From the NCBI GenBank assembly GCA_010909165.1, contig MU008224.1:113098-177097 (forward strand): a stretch of DNA of 64,000 nucleotides, read 5' to 3'. Below the pieces are notes generated by a model. It had not been told where the DNA came from. It worked only from the letters and a program-made list of their open reading frames with translations, and made no database searches. Source of the DNA: Anthoceros angustus (lineage: Eukaryota > Plantae > Anthocerotophyta). The position numbers and the translations under genes are program-made. This document shows, in pieces, positions 36,401 to 48,444 of the stretch; position 1 is the first letter of the stretch; each line of letters begins with the position of its first letter.

Positions 36401-38584
36401 AAGGTGTGCAAGTTGTTGAAGACTTTGTATGGTCTTAAACAATCTTCCCGAGCATGGAATGAAACCTTCCATGCACTTCTTATAGAACTTGGATTTACAT
36501 GTTTAGCAGCTGATACAAGCGTTTATATTTTATGGGATCAGGATGACTTCATTATCATTTACATTTACGTTGATGATAATTTCTGTACATCCGCCGCTTT
36601 GGAGAGGATTAAGAAGGTGCTTCTTGCTCGTTTTGAGATAGCGGATCTTCCATCTTCGGTTTTGATTCACCACTGTCATTCAGACCCTCTTCAAACATCA
36701 CCACCGCTCAACCTACAACACCTACTGTTTTGCCAGATGAGTCTTCTCCTATTCATGTTGATGCAGTCTTGCCTGATGTTGCTATCACTCCAGTTAGTGC
36801 AGAACCCGATGATGTTCAATCTGCCATTGATATTCCTCCTGAACCAGAAGCAGACCCTAATCCACTTCCACCAGAACCTGTTGTAGCTGATGAGCCCAGT
36901 TCCCCTGTCCTTAGACGATCTACTAGGATTAGACGTCCTATGAGTGAATGGTTTGGTCCCTATGTTGCTGGTCTGTCTCGCCATGTTCCTAAACCTCATC
37001 AACCCTTCTTTCCACCTTCTTCATCTTTAGGTGAGCCTGCAACATATCTTGAAGTCACAGGACCAGAGGCCGAACACTGGAAGGCTTGAATCCGAGTACA
37101 ACTCCCTTATTGAAAATCAAACCTGGTCCTTAGTTGACTTACCCCAGGGCAGGAAACCTGTAGCTTGTAAGTGGGTTTTTAAGAAGAAGCTGAATGCTGA
37201 TGGTACTGTCGGAAGGTACAAGGCCCGCTTAGTGGCTAAGGGTTATAGCCAAGTAGAAGGACTTGACTATAACGAAACATTTGCTCCCGTAGTTAAGGGT
37301 ACCTCTATCGAGATTTTGCTTGCTCTTGCTGCCCGATGGCTTACTAGTCCACCAGAGCGTTAAAAGACCTTCTTGCATGGTTCCTTAGAGGAGGAAATAT
37401 ACATGGCTCAGCCTGAGGGTTACGTGATGGCTCCTAAAAAGGTGTGCAAGTTGTTGAAGACTTTGTATGGTCTTAAACAATCTTCCCGAGCATGGAATGA
37501 AACCTTCCATGCACTTCTTATAGAACTTGGATTTACATGTTTAGCAGCTGATACAAGCGTTTATATTTTATGGGATCAGGATGACTTCATTATCATTTCT
37601 GTTTACGTTGATGATAATTTCTGTACATCTGCTGCTTTGCTGGAGAGGATTAAGAAGGTGCTTCTTGCTCGTTTTGAGATGACAGATCTAGGACAACTTT
37701 CTCTTTCCCTTGGTGTACAATTCCAGTTTGAAGACTCTGGCCATACTATATACATACACCAGGAACATTTCGTGGAGCAATTCTTTGAGAAGTTTAATAT
37801 GGAGTGCGGACCGGTCTCAACTCCTATGTAAATGCGGAGATAAACTTTCCAAGGAACAATGCCCAGTTACCGATGAAGAGAAACAGCAGATGTCTAAGGT
37901 GCCTTACCGGTGTGGCGGCTTAATTTGTTAACTTTCTCGACTTGATATCTCGCGTTGTAAGTTGTGTATCTCGGTTTCGAGAATCACTGGTGAGGCGCAT
38001 TGACTGCTGTCAAGCGAATATTTCGATATTTGAAGGGGACCCCAAGATATGGACTTTGTTATAGGAAACAGTCTAAGGGTTTGCAGCTAGTTTCTTTCTG
38101 TGACGCCGATTGGGCTGGTGATCCCGATAGCAGAAGGAGCATAGCTGCATACTGTAATCTCCTTGGTGGTTCAGCGATTTCCTGGAGCAGCAAAAAGTTA
38201 ACCACAATCTGCCTTTCTTCAACAGAGGCTGAATACGGCGCTTTATCACAGACAGCCAGGGAGGTCATTTGGGTCAGGACATTTTTGAGAGGATTGCAGC
38301 AACTTGCCCCAGGACCAACACAACTCTGGTGCGATAACCAGTCGGCCATTGCCTTGTCAAAGAATCCGGTGTTTCATGCCCGGAGCAAACACATTGAGAT
38401 TACGCACCACTTCATCAGACAGGCTGCTGATAATGGCGAAGTTGTGGTAAGTTACATTCCTACAGGCGACAACACTGCTGATCTATTCACGAAAGCGTTA
38501 GGTAAGCCTTTGCACAACAAACACTCTGCTGCTGCTGGTTTACAACAAGTCCCAGCGTCAGCAATTAAGGGCAAGGCCCATTAG
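33412..38584 (+). pseudogene. Copia A gag-pol, frameshifted, with an internal ~1.05 kb duplication (~35590-36640 / ~36640-37690)
   Basis: Zinc knuckle CNWCKIPGHYERDC, PR WFLDSGATSHIC, LWHCRLGH, INT (VHSDICGP, LRTDNGGEY, QNGLAERKNR), RT ([25 protein letters not shown]) and RNase H (CDADWAGD, NTADLFTK). Confidence 0.96.
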
Positions 38585-38604
38585 GCATAACCTACAGTTC
38601 TGCT

Positions 38605-39324
38605 CTATTCTTCAAGGTAACCCAAGTCTCTCATTTTCTTCTTGAGCTGCTGGAGTAGATTTTCAATTTTCCTTGTTTCCTTGTTTCCTCCAGTATAGCT
38701 GCAAACCATGCACAAGTTGGTTAGACCTTGATACAGCAGTTTTGTGACATGGACAGAAGACATGCGGGGGCATGAGAGGATGAAGCTACACTCACATTTA
38801 ATCGTCATGTCAGCCTCAGTCTTCATGTTGTCAACAACAGGTAAGGTAGTTATCTCTGCACTTGCAGAGGGAGTGTCTTCCTCCATCTTGGTAACTTTCA
38901 GCAGTATGCTTACTCTCCTCTTCTCAGCAGCGTCCAAGCTTTTCTTAGAAACGATGTACTGGTAGTAATAGTCATGCTCCCCATCTTCCCTTGGAAAGGC
39001 TCAAATCCTTGTACTCCTGCTGGATATTCTCACCTGTCGTTCTGCCTCAGTCTCTGCAAAAGAAACACAATCAGGCAGGTACTCTCAGGAAATCATGTTT
39101 AGCAGCCACTGCCTGGGAGTGAAGGAGGCGGCAGGGAGCCAGCGCCTACCACAATGCAGACATTCCAGGCCCTCCATGCAGACATTCCAGTGAGGAGCCT
39201 CCATCTTATAGCGGGAAGTTGGAGCTGGAGCGTAAGCCTGTACAATGGCTTGGAGCGTAAAGAGGAATAGAGCGCGCTGAGCTCGTGGACGTCCTTTTTG
39301 AATCATGTTTTCAGTTGCATTCAT
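38605..39324 (-). pseudogene. Antisense 240-codon extra ORF in the Copia A 3' region, with two in-frame TGA
   Basis: ORFs 39085..39324 and 38605..38937 are in the same frame and are bridged by *EYLPDCVSFAETEAERQVRISSRSTRI*AFPREDGEHDYYYQYIVSKKS. Confidence 0.55.
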
Positions 39325-39377
39325 GTTTTCATAAATACCATCAGATACCCGTTTCTGATTATTTGCCTAAGAGGGAG

Positions 39378-39551
39378 TGTTGAAACCCCTTTACTTTAGT
39401 GTAGGCTACATAATCAGTTACTCTTCCTCTAACCGTCATGAACAAAGCATGTATTCTGAACAATGCACAATAACTGTCACTCTTTTGCTTTTCTCTGCGT
39501 GCTCTCGTTCTCTCCGTGTGTCGCTCATGCCCACCATCACAATCCACATTA
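39378..39551 (+). repeat. Copia A 3' LTR
   Basis: Matches the 5' LTR at 173/174 positions; preceded by the PPT and followed by TSD AGACC. Confidence 0.97.
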
Positions 39552-39556
39552 AGACC

Positions 39557-40777
39557 TGCGTCGAGAGGAACACACACCCCATTGCAAGGCTGTGCACTCT
39601 TTGAAGCTATGTGGAAGCCGTTCGTGGAGTAAGATCATGATATCTCAACCATCATGGGTCACCATTGATGAGTCCAGATAAAGTTGTGATACAGTAGCCC
39701 TGGCTTGAGCTATGGCCTCTGGGAGGGTCTCATCAGGTACCACGCAGAGCTTGGAGTATCTGAGGTTCCTGTGCTGGTCCGGGAAGCTGGAGACGTTCCA
39801 GGTATCAGCGCAAAGGCGTAATGTTTTGGAGAAAGCTCCTCGGAAGTGATCCAGTCTCACCACGGATGCATTCAGATGCACCTCGGCATTTATAGGCCTC
39901 ACAGGATGGTGGACAGCCGCTGCGGTTACAAACACTGGCCCTACATCTTGGGATTTTGAGTTGTGTTGAGATGTGAGACCTGCGTCGAGAGGAACACGCA
40001 CCCCATTGCAAGGCTGTGCACTCTTTGAAGCTATGTGGAAGCCGTTCGTGGAATAAGGTCATGATATCTCAACCATCATTGGTCACCATTGATGAGTCCA
40101 GATAAAGTTGTGATACAGTAGCCCTGGCTTGAGCTATGGCCTCTGAGAGGGTCTCATCAGGCACCACGTAGAGCTTGGAGTATCTGGGGTTCCTGTGCTG
40201 GTCCGGGAAGCTGGAGACGTTCCAGGTATCAGCGCAAAGACGTAATGTTTTGGAAAAAGCTCCTCGGAAGTGATCCAGTCTCACCACGGATGCATTCAGA
40301 TGCACCTCGGCATTTATAGGCCTCACAGGATGGTGGACAGCCGCTGCGGTTACAAACACAGGCCCTACATCTTGGGATTTTGAGTTGTGTTGAGATGTGA
40401 GACCTGCGTCGAGAGGAACACGCACCCCATTGCAAGGCTGTGCACTCTTTGAAGCTATGTGGAAGCCGTTCGTGGAATAAGGTCATGATATCTCAACCAT
40501 CATTGGTCACCATTGATGAGTCCAGGTAAAGTTGTGATACAGTAGCCCTGGCTTGAGCTATGGCCTCTGAGAGGGTCTCATCAGGCACCACGTAGAGCTT
40601 GGAGTATCTGGGGTTCCTGTGCTGGTCCGGGAAGCTGGAGACGTTCCAGGTATCAGCGCAAAGACGTAATGTTTTGGAAAAAGCTCCTCGGAAGTGATCC
40701 AGTCTCACCACGGATGCATTCAGATGCACCTCGGCATTTATAGGCCTCACAGGATGGTGGACAGCCGCTGCGGTTAC
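39557..40777. repeat. Three 424-bp tandem copies of the GT92 gene 3' end (21860-21910 plus 39557-39929; 39930-40353; 40354-40777)
   Basis: Exact 424-bp period with substitutions only. The first copy is split by Copia A. Confidence 0.95.
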
Positions 40778-42463
40778 CTTCAGAGGGTCCAAGGCCATTT
40801 TGCGACGACCCCATAGTCTAGGACACAACCACGGAGAGTACTGTTCGGGTCTCCTGTCCAAACAAGCCACGAGAATGGCATCAGCCATCTGCCTGAATTG
40901 TCCTGCTCAAGAAAGTCCATCACGACTATGGTGCTCATTGGAAAGTCCTGGATGGAGTCAGCCCTTACTTGCATTCAGGCCCAGGTTGTTTCTTGAAAAC
41001 CATGCGCTGGATGGGCCATTCATCGGAATTCTTTGCGGGCCTGCAGTGAGACGTTCCCACAGGCCAGCTTCCAAGGGTAACGCCAGTTGCATTTCCAGGA
41101 AGGTTTTCAAAAATAGCCGACAGCGTGAGGGGTGGTTGCAAGTAGATGAATTCGTCAAAGTCGAAGAAGAAAGCCCAGTTCGCAAGGAAGCGACTTCGAT
41201 GAAGGCAATCGTTGATGAACAGTACCTGTAGGCAGGCCCATGGCCACGAAACAGGCTCGATAACAGGTACATACACAACCAGCGCAAGCAATGTCGACAC
41301 TTCCGAACGAGTACAGCAAGTAAGGAAGGATGAGGTGTGCAAGAGTGGTACCTGGGAGTGGTACCAAGTTGGATACAAGTGCTCATCAGTGACGTTTGTG
41401 ATTGTCAGAAACCCTCCTGAAATAAATGGCTCCAAGAGCTTCAGGCCCTCCTCTGTGAGGCCGCCAACATTGTAGAGGAAGAAGTGAGCCTTCCCCTCCA
41501 TGAGGTGAAGGTGGTACGTGAGCCACTGCTGTAGCAGCTCATGGCTCACACTTCCTGAGATTGGGGCGCTGCAGAAGGAATACTTGAACGGGGGAGGCCC
41601 TGACGCGCGACCAGCAAAGCTGCTATTCGCTTCTTCTTGCAGCACCAGCGCCTCCTGAACCTGTGCGCATTGCAAGCAGGGGGGGTGTAAGTATTGCAGC
41701 CAGCTTCAAGATTTCTGTGCACTGCTCCAATCCACAGTGCTGGGCCACACAACTTGAACTCGCTGTATCAGTGCACTGGAACATATACCGCTCCGACAGG
41801 GGGGCCGGAGGATACAGAGACATAGAGCCGGCCTCCGAGAGCATCAGCTCCCACCTGTTGACGAAAATTGCAACCCACCACCAGAACGCCATAGGCAACA
41901 TCGTGCTCGTCGTACTTGATGTACTGCAGCTTGGCGGCGGTGGTGATGCTGGAACCGTTGTGCGACACATCATTGCCAGGACGCCAAACGCAGTCGTAGA
42001 CGGACTTGTCAAACCCACTCGCAATCCGCGAATACAGCCCAATCACAAAGAAGGAGGCGAGGGATTCCCTGCAGGTGCACCGAGCAGAATCGTTCAGTGG
42101 GCGCAGAGGGGCGTCGCTTGCATGTACACACGTAGTACAACAGGGAGGGAGTGAGCTCACAGCCCACCTGTAGGCGCTGTAGCGCACGAACTGGTAATGC
42201 GGCTGGCCCAGGGACATCAACTGCCTCTGCTCAGGAAGCTTCAGATGGGGAGTGGCATTAGAATCCCCCAATTGCGAGGATACCTGGCCAAGAAGCGCAG
42301 CGCTCGGCTGCGGCAATTTGAAGCCCAGGAACATAGACGCGATGGCATTGGTGAAGGGCAGCGGGCGGGGCTGCTCGTACAGCCCCAACAAGGCTGCCGA
42401 GACCTGCAGGGCCGCCACCACAACCGTGACCCGCACCACCAGCTGCATCCTGCTGCTCGTCAT
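40493..42463 (-). CDS. Glycosyltransferase family 92 (DUF23), galactan beta-1,4-galactosyltransferase (GALS)-like
   Basis: Exons 42463-42168, 42068-41789, 41660-41352, 41225-40969 and 40853-40493 with GT-AG introns. N-terminal signal anchor; QWLTYH..HFFLYN.GG, YHSQVLFINDCLHR, WAFFFDFDEFIYL (DxD), GRRK..P.KV.AAAVH. Confidence 0.88.
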
Positions 42464-45220
42464 TTAAGCTGCACCAGATCGTGCTCCACCTCGACAATGG
42501 CGAGTCCGTTGTGCTTGTTGTCAACACCCCATGTGCCGGTGCTGCCGGCGAGCCCAGTTCAAAGGATGCTCAACAAGGGAACGCGATTGTCCGTCCCGGG
42601 TTGCAATCTGACAACAGCTGGCCAGCACTGTGATGACAGCCTTTCCTGTTTTGCGGTGTTGCTCGTGAGGGCGTAGGCACAGCCAGGGGAGGGAGGAGAC
42701 ACGCCTCACCTTCCATTCAATCTTCCCAGGTCAACCAAGGATTTACGAGAACGTCGTAAGTGTATATGATAATAATAAGGGACGCGACGCCCAAGGCCAC
42801 GCCGACAATACCAAGTGAAGTGCGCTGAGGGGCGGCGTTTTGAACGTTTTAACTGCATACTTTATCAAAGAACCATCATTTAATCCAAACCGATCCATAA
42901 TTTTAAATTATTGATTTTAGTAGCTATTCAATTGGATGTCTTTGGATAGTTTTTTCCCACACTTTCACTTTCACTTTAAATTTACATGCCTTAATGGTTG
43001 GCACTAGGGAACCTGGCATGCCCCATGCCTGCCTTCGAGGTCCCACTTAGTGGGCTATATTTAATCTTTTAGTAGTTATATGTTTTGATAAGTAGGAAGT
43101 TCTCGAGTTCCTCCTTAACCCCAGAAGGCCGGAGCGACTCACTCCGAGTCGTGAGAGCCTCGTTTTGAGTCCTAGATTTATTTGTGGTCGGATTTCTGAT
43201 TTGAGACTTTGGAGCAGAGCATGGCCGGGTCCGCTTCCACCTGCCAAATTTTTCCTCGAAAAAAACAGACACCATCTTCGCCCTCTATGATGCAAAGATC
43301 AAAAGATTCTTGGAAGATGCTGAAAGATGCCACTCAACTATGTTGTAGACAATGCCTGCCCGTCGCCTCGCCGTGCTCTTCTCCCATCCAGATTTGATCG
43401 TTCAAAATTATTTTGGTCAATGAAAGAAAGTCGGATTCATCCCGAATTTTGCGAGCTTGTTGTTCTGAATGTGGGGAATCTGGTAGTGTAGTTTGCTCAA
43501 CGAGCAAGTATGTCCACATTGGTAGGCAAAGAAAGATGCTCACCTCACGCTGGTGCCCCAGGTGGATCGAAATGGCTATGGAAATTTGTGCCTGTTCACT
43601 GAGGGGGTGATGCTTTTTTCTGAACATATGGTTGGAAAGAGGAGGTCATCATGGTAATTGTGGTGTTGAGAACATTGCGGTCAGATTTTCTTGTAATTAG
43701 TAATTCATAATAACAGAAAAAACGCCAAAAATGGGGCAAAAAGGCAGCCGGCCTTCTGGGGTCAACATCGTAATATGTGGGCTGGTTGGAGGAAGACTGT
43801 AAAGCTCTTGGGAGCATAGTGCATCACTTCTTTCAAAGAGTTAATGTGGAGTAGTTTAGGAAATGGTTATTCTCTAGGTCCAATAGAATGTTGTTCCTCT
43901 TCCAACTCTCCCTCCTCTTCTCTTTCGCCAAGCTGACACATCAGCAGGCCCAGCTTTCCTTATCTTTTTTTTGGGTGACCACTTCTAGACAATGATCCCT
44001 ACATCTAAATTTTTGTCATGAGCTTTTCCTGCTGTGTTTGTAAATTGCAATTGAGTTTGTCTTACATCTTCTATTCTTCACCTCAATAAATAATATTGAT
44101 GGAGAAAGGCCTATGGTCATATGCATTTTTTATATCTTGATGGGAAATAATTTGATTGGTTGGCAGATGAAATTTGTCAAGCCATTGGAAAAACTGTTTC
44201 CACAAGATTGCATGCCACCCTTAGCGTGTTCTCTTCAAGTTTTGTTGTTCTTTGATGACCCATTTTGGAAATATGTTTGGGTCATAAGTAGGACACGCTA
44301 GATGTATCTGATAGTTCGAATACAGCCATCAAACGAGTAACGATGTACATATCTCAATGGAATATTGTCCCACTTTTGCTAGGATAATATCTCTCTATGT
44401 ATTCCTCCTGGTATTTAGTACTCGAGCTCGCCTTACGGGATAAAATTTACGTGGATACTTTCCAAGTCTTTTCAGTTTGTTTTCGTGCATGCGGTCCCCA
44501 TATCTCTATTCTAAATAGGATTTTGCTTCTATTCATTTCCAAAATAAAATATTAACTCGCATTTTGAATCGCTTCGCATCGATTCCAATCCTCTATCTCT
44601 AACCATTTCTTTGTAAATCAATGTACATTGGAACTTCACGTCAACCCTATTGACTTGATTTGTGGCTCCATGGTGGCTTTTGGCTCTCGAGTGTACATTC
44701 TAGTTTGCTAGCTAGTCTAGTACCAAGTCCGTTGTACATGAGAACTTTATATTTCAATCTAGCAACCTATGAATAAACTAACCATTTCATTTATATCATT
44801 TAATTATTAAATTTATTATTATTTAATTATTTGATAATAGAATTGTGAGAGGCGATTAAGAGATTTCAAAATAAATAAATAAATTTTAATGTAGTTGCTC
44901 TAGCCCCCACCTTGAGGCTTTGAGGGCAAGAGATCTAAGCTCTTCAAACGAACAAGTAAGAAAACCGTAACACATGTATAAGGATGAAACACCACCAAAA
45001 TGCGCGGAAGGAAGTCCCAAAGTAGCCGCAATAGTTTTTAGAGAGGGGAGAGGGGGATATGGAAACAAAAGCGCCAATGTATAGGTTTAGAAAAGGGAGA
45101 GGACTCTGGAAACAAAAGTGCCCATGTCTAAAGTAAGTGTGAGACAAGGGCGAGCTATAACAAGAAGGGGCTCTGTCGTCTGGAGGTTCTGGATTCCTTG
45201 CGGCTCCCCGTGTTACTGTA

Positions 45221-45297
45221 TATCTTGGAGAAAGGAAGGCTCTGCCAGACGGCTTCAAGTCTCTGCCGTCTGGCAAAGCCTTCCTTTCTCCAAGATA
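45221..45297. repeat. 33-bp-stem inverted repeat (1 mismatch, 11-nt loop) with flanking direct repeats
   Basis: Arms tatcttggagaaaggaaggctctgccagacggc and gccgtctggcaaagccttcctttctccaagata. Confidence 0.9.
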
Positions 45298-46039
45298 ACA
45301 AGGAGGGGCTCTGCCGTCTGGCAATGGATTCCCTTTGCTGCTGCGAGTGTGACCGTAGAATTTGAGGGAATTTCAAGGAGACTGCAGTGCTCCCTCCTGC
45401 CTGGCGTGACCATCCTTGGGCTGCATGGCCTTGCGCCTGCTGCAGTGTTGAGCTGTCTGTAGACTGTGTGGCTAACCGTCAGGCATGCGCAGCTGTCAGG
45501 CTTGAGCACAATTCCTCTCCTGCTGGTTGTGTGCTGTTTGTGAATTGGAGAACCTTCCCCGCGTACGGCCTACCTGTAAAACAACTGCAACCATGGTGAG
45601 GCCGTTTCCCGACATATACAACTGGCCCGCCCTTGCCTAGTGAATGATACAAGTACACAAGAGCCACCCGTCGCCTCTCCATCGCCAATATTTTACGAGA
45701 CGACCGGGCCCGGTTTTCCAGAACTCCCTATTTTCTAGAATTTTCTGGAAAAACGGGCACCCGTCGAACCTCGGCCTCGGGGGCCGCACTAACGCTACAT
45801 TCAACGACAAACTAGTTGGCGTAGAGGAAGGATCTTTGTTTGAGGGGGACGATGCGCAACAACACATGCAATACGACCACATTCACTAAGAGTCAACACA
45901 TCCACACCACGTGGATGGGGGTGCCTACCCCAAGAATGAAGCTTGTACGGACTTCCCTCAGGCCTACTCCGGAGCTCCATGGGAGTCTCTCCGGAGTCAC
46001 TCCGGAGTCTAAAAAGTCTTTCAACAGGATTGTTCCATT

Positions 46040-47942
46040 TCATATATGCACTACAAAAACACATGGACACCATTCCAGAGTCACTAGGTATGTGCAGTAA
46101 TATGGACACCATATTCGGTCATTGACGTTCAAACGATCCTCCATGGATCCATGTGCCTGCTGGATGGGTAACTTTGACATCATGTGGAAGACACAGGGTG
46201 CCGTCACGACTGAACGACGGGGAAGGGGGTCAAGGAGCAACATGATGTGGTACAAAAGCTTTGCAAACACGTCCAGAGGCCCCGGCAGACAGTAATGCAG
46301 ACAGTCCGAAGGTGGACGGTGACCCTCGGGCCTTAAAGCCAGGAGGGCATCCAGCTCCTTGTAGATGAACCCAAAGCTCTCGGCGATGTTCTTGGCAATT
46401 GCATTCTGCTGTGCGAATTCCGCCAAATGAAATTTCCTCGCGTCCTTGTTCAGTGTCTCGTAGCTGTCTCTTTCCTTCAAGGGCTGGATGTGGTCCGTGC
46501 ACTCGATGTGGCCTGCCAGCAAAACCCAGCCAACTTGACAGAATCATATCACATGCACGAAGAGGATCAGCCGGATGACAAAAGACGCGTACATCTGCAG
46601 CCTCGGCTTGAAAGTTGCTGGCCAGCTGCAGCTTGTTGCAGTGTGTATACCAGAAGGTGTGTTGCGGAAGAAAACCAGGGCCTGCGCCCATCGCATCTTG
46701 ATGACCGAGAAAGTGTTGACGAGAGATTCGGTGAAGTTGGCATTACTCTCAAAGTGCGCTCCTCTGTTGAGCACAAAGACGGAGATGTTCCAGGACTCCA
46801 CAAAGTTGATCCATGGATAGTCCATGAAATTGTTTCTCCGGTACCTCGTTTGCCCGCTGGATGAGCAACAACCTGTCGTTCCGCACACACCCGACGCGGA
46901 ATCCTTGTCCCCCAAGCACATCCTGGCAGACCTCATGCTCTCCCTGCCATGTTCGGTCGCCCATGGGCACTGTCCACCGGGTCTTGTTGACTGCAAGGTG
47001 GTTCATCAAAATCATGAAGATCTCACGGTTGATGGAGTCGCCCACCACCAGCATGTTCCCCATCCTTCTACACAAGATCTGACTCCACAATTGTAGCAAA
47101 AACCGTGAACCATTCCCTATCCGGCATCCTGTTAGTTTGAAGAGCAGATAGCCTGTTGCGTATTCGTAAGAATCTGGTTGCCACAGGCTCAGGGGCAGTT
47201 ATGCGATGAAACCTGCAGAAATCAGCTCGATCGAAATCCAACAAAGGGCAGGCCTTCTCATCTGCTTGCCACTCCCACGTCAGCTCCTCCCTCACCTGGA
47301 AAATCCGCCGCCTCGTGCTTTCAGAACAAATGAAAGTTGATCCGAGCCCCAAAAATTGAACAGCTTTCAACCCAGCCTGATTCTGGAAGCCTAAGAGACG
47401 GGCAGCTCACAATCCAGTTCGTCGCATTGCCAGTCGCAGCGATGTGGTTTGCGCTCTCCCCACACACACCTCCAGGGCTAGCCTTCCGGAACCGCCGGTC
47501 ACACTCCTCCACCCACTTGCCGCCAAACAAGTTGGACATGCGTCGTACACCCACCTCCCCGAGTTGCTGCCATCCCACGCATTAGAAATGTTGGATCCCT
47601 GCATAGCCACAGCGCATACACAGCACGACACGGAACACAACCGGAGCGTGCCTGAAGCAACGTAGCTGCTGCTGGAAGGCGGTCGCTGCTGGGCCCTTCA
47701 GATGGGTGCCGGAAATGTGCAGCCCGACAGGCTCGGTCTCGGGCTTGCCGGCACCCGAGCGCAACGACCGCAGCCAGCTTTCAGTGACAAGAATCCTCAG
47801 GACAATCTGCTGTATCGCCCGAGCTCCAGAGGGCCAGCGTCAGCGCTGCAACGGATAACTGCCGAATAGCGAAGGCACGACGCAGGCGCTGTGCGCTTCG
47901 GCATTGCTCATTGCTTCGGATCCGCGTCCGGCTGCCACCCAT
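46040..47942 (-). pseudogene. Trichome birefringence-like / PC-esterase polysaccharide O-acetyltransferase; frameshifted as assembled
   Basis: GRWVYD, WEWQ..CPLLDFD, VVGDSINR (GDS), spliced FFRNTPS|GHIEC (intron 46650-46513), and RPEGH..DCLHYCLPGPLD (DxxH). A frameshift lies near 46840 and more in the 5' part. The start is uncertain. Confidence 0.8.
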
Positions 47943-48444
47943 CACCCAAGCCACCGCTGTGGATTTCTGACGCACCCCAACTCCATCCCTCTATCCCGAA
48001 ACCTCAATTCCTTCCGATCTTGGGGCCAAAGTTTCTACTCTCCACTATCAGCCCGAGCCGATGACAAGCATTATTGGCGACTTCCTTCAACGGCCTCTTC
48101 AGTCTTGGTACGTGACACGTACGAGCTGAATGGATGCTTCGGACTGCCCTTCCAAGTTGCCACACGCTAACCTTAGCCTGCCCTGCCATACCATAAAATT
48201 TGTTGAGAGTTAAACTACGACTTAAAATTATTGAAAGGACCCAGCCCACGCAACGATAGGTCAGGGGTTTCTTCGATTGTTTGAGGGAGGTCCTCTTCCT
48301 CTAAGCGGGATAACGATAAGCGGAATTCTTGAAAACCAGGCACGCATCGGACCCAGCTCGGGCTTCGGGAGACCACCCCAAAGTCACTTGTACAGTAATT
48401 AATTACAGAAGCGTTGGAACTGGCTTCAGATAGTTCATTGACGC

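Larger units (their letters stand above)
21911..39551 (+). mobile_element. Full-length Ty1/Copia LTR retrotransposon 'A', interrupted by nested Copia B
   Basis: LTRs 21911-22084 and 39378-39551 (174 bp, one T/C mismatch). TSD AGACC at 21906-21910 and 39552-39556. PBS TGGTATCAGAGC at 22085-22096, PPT aagagggag at 39369-39377. Domain order gag-PR-INT-RT-RH. Confidence 0.97.

Noticed and set aside
39645-40425. 118-aa ORFs 39645..40001 and 40069..40425 as separate genes
   Set aside because: They are duplicated GT92 C-termini read from non-ATG starts in UTR sequence.
43002-45642. Possible CACTA element (CACTAGG...CCTAGTG)
   Set aside because: The TIR match is only ~9/10 bp, the 3-bp flanks differ (tgg vs aat), and no transposase is recognisable.
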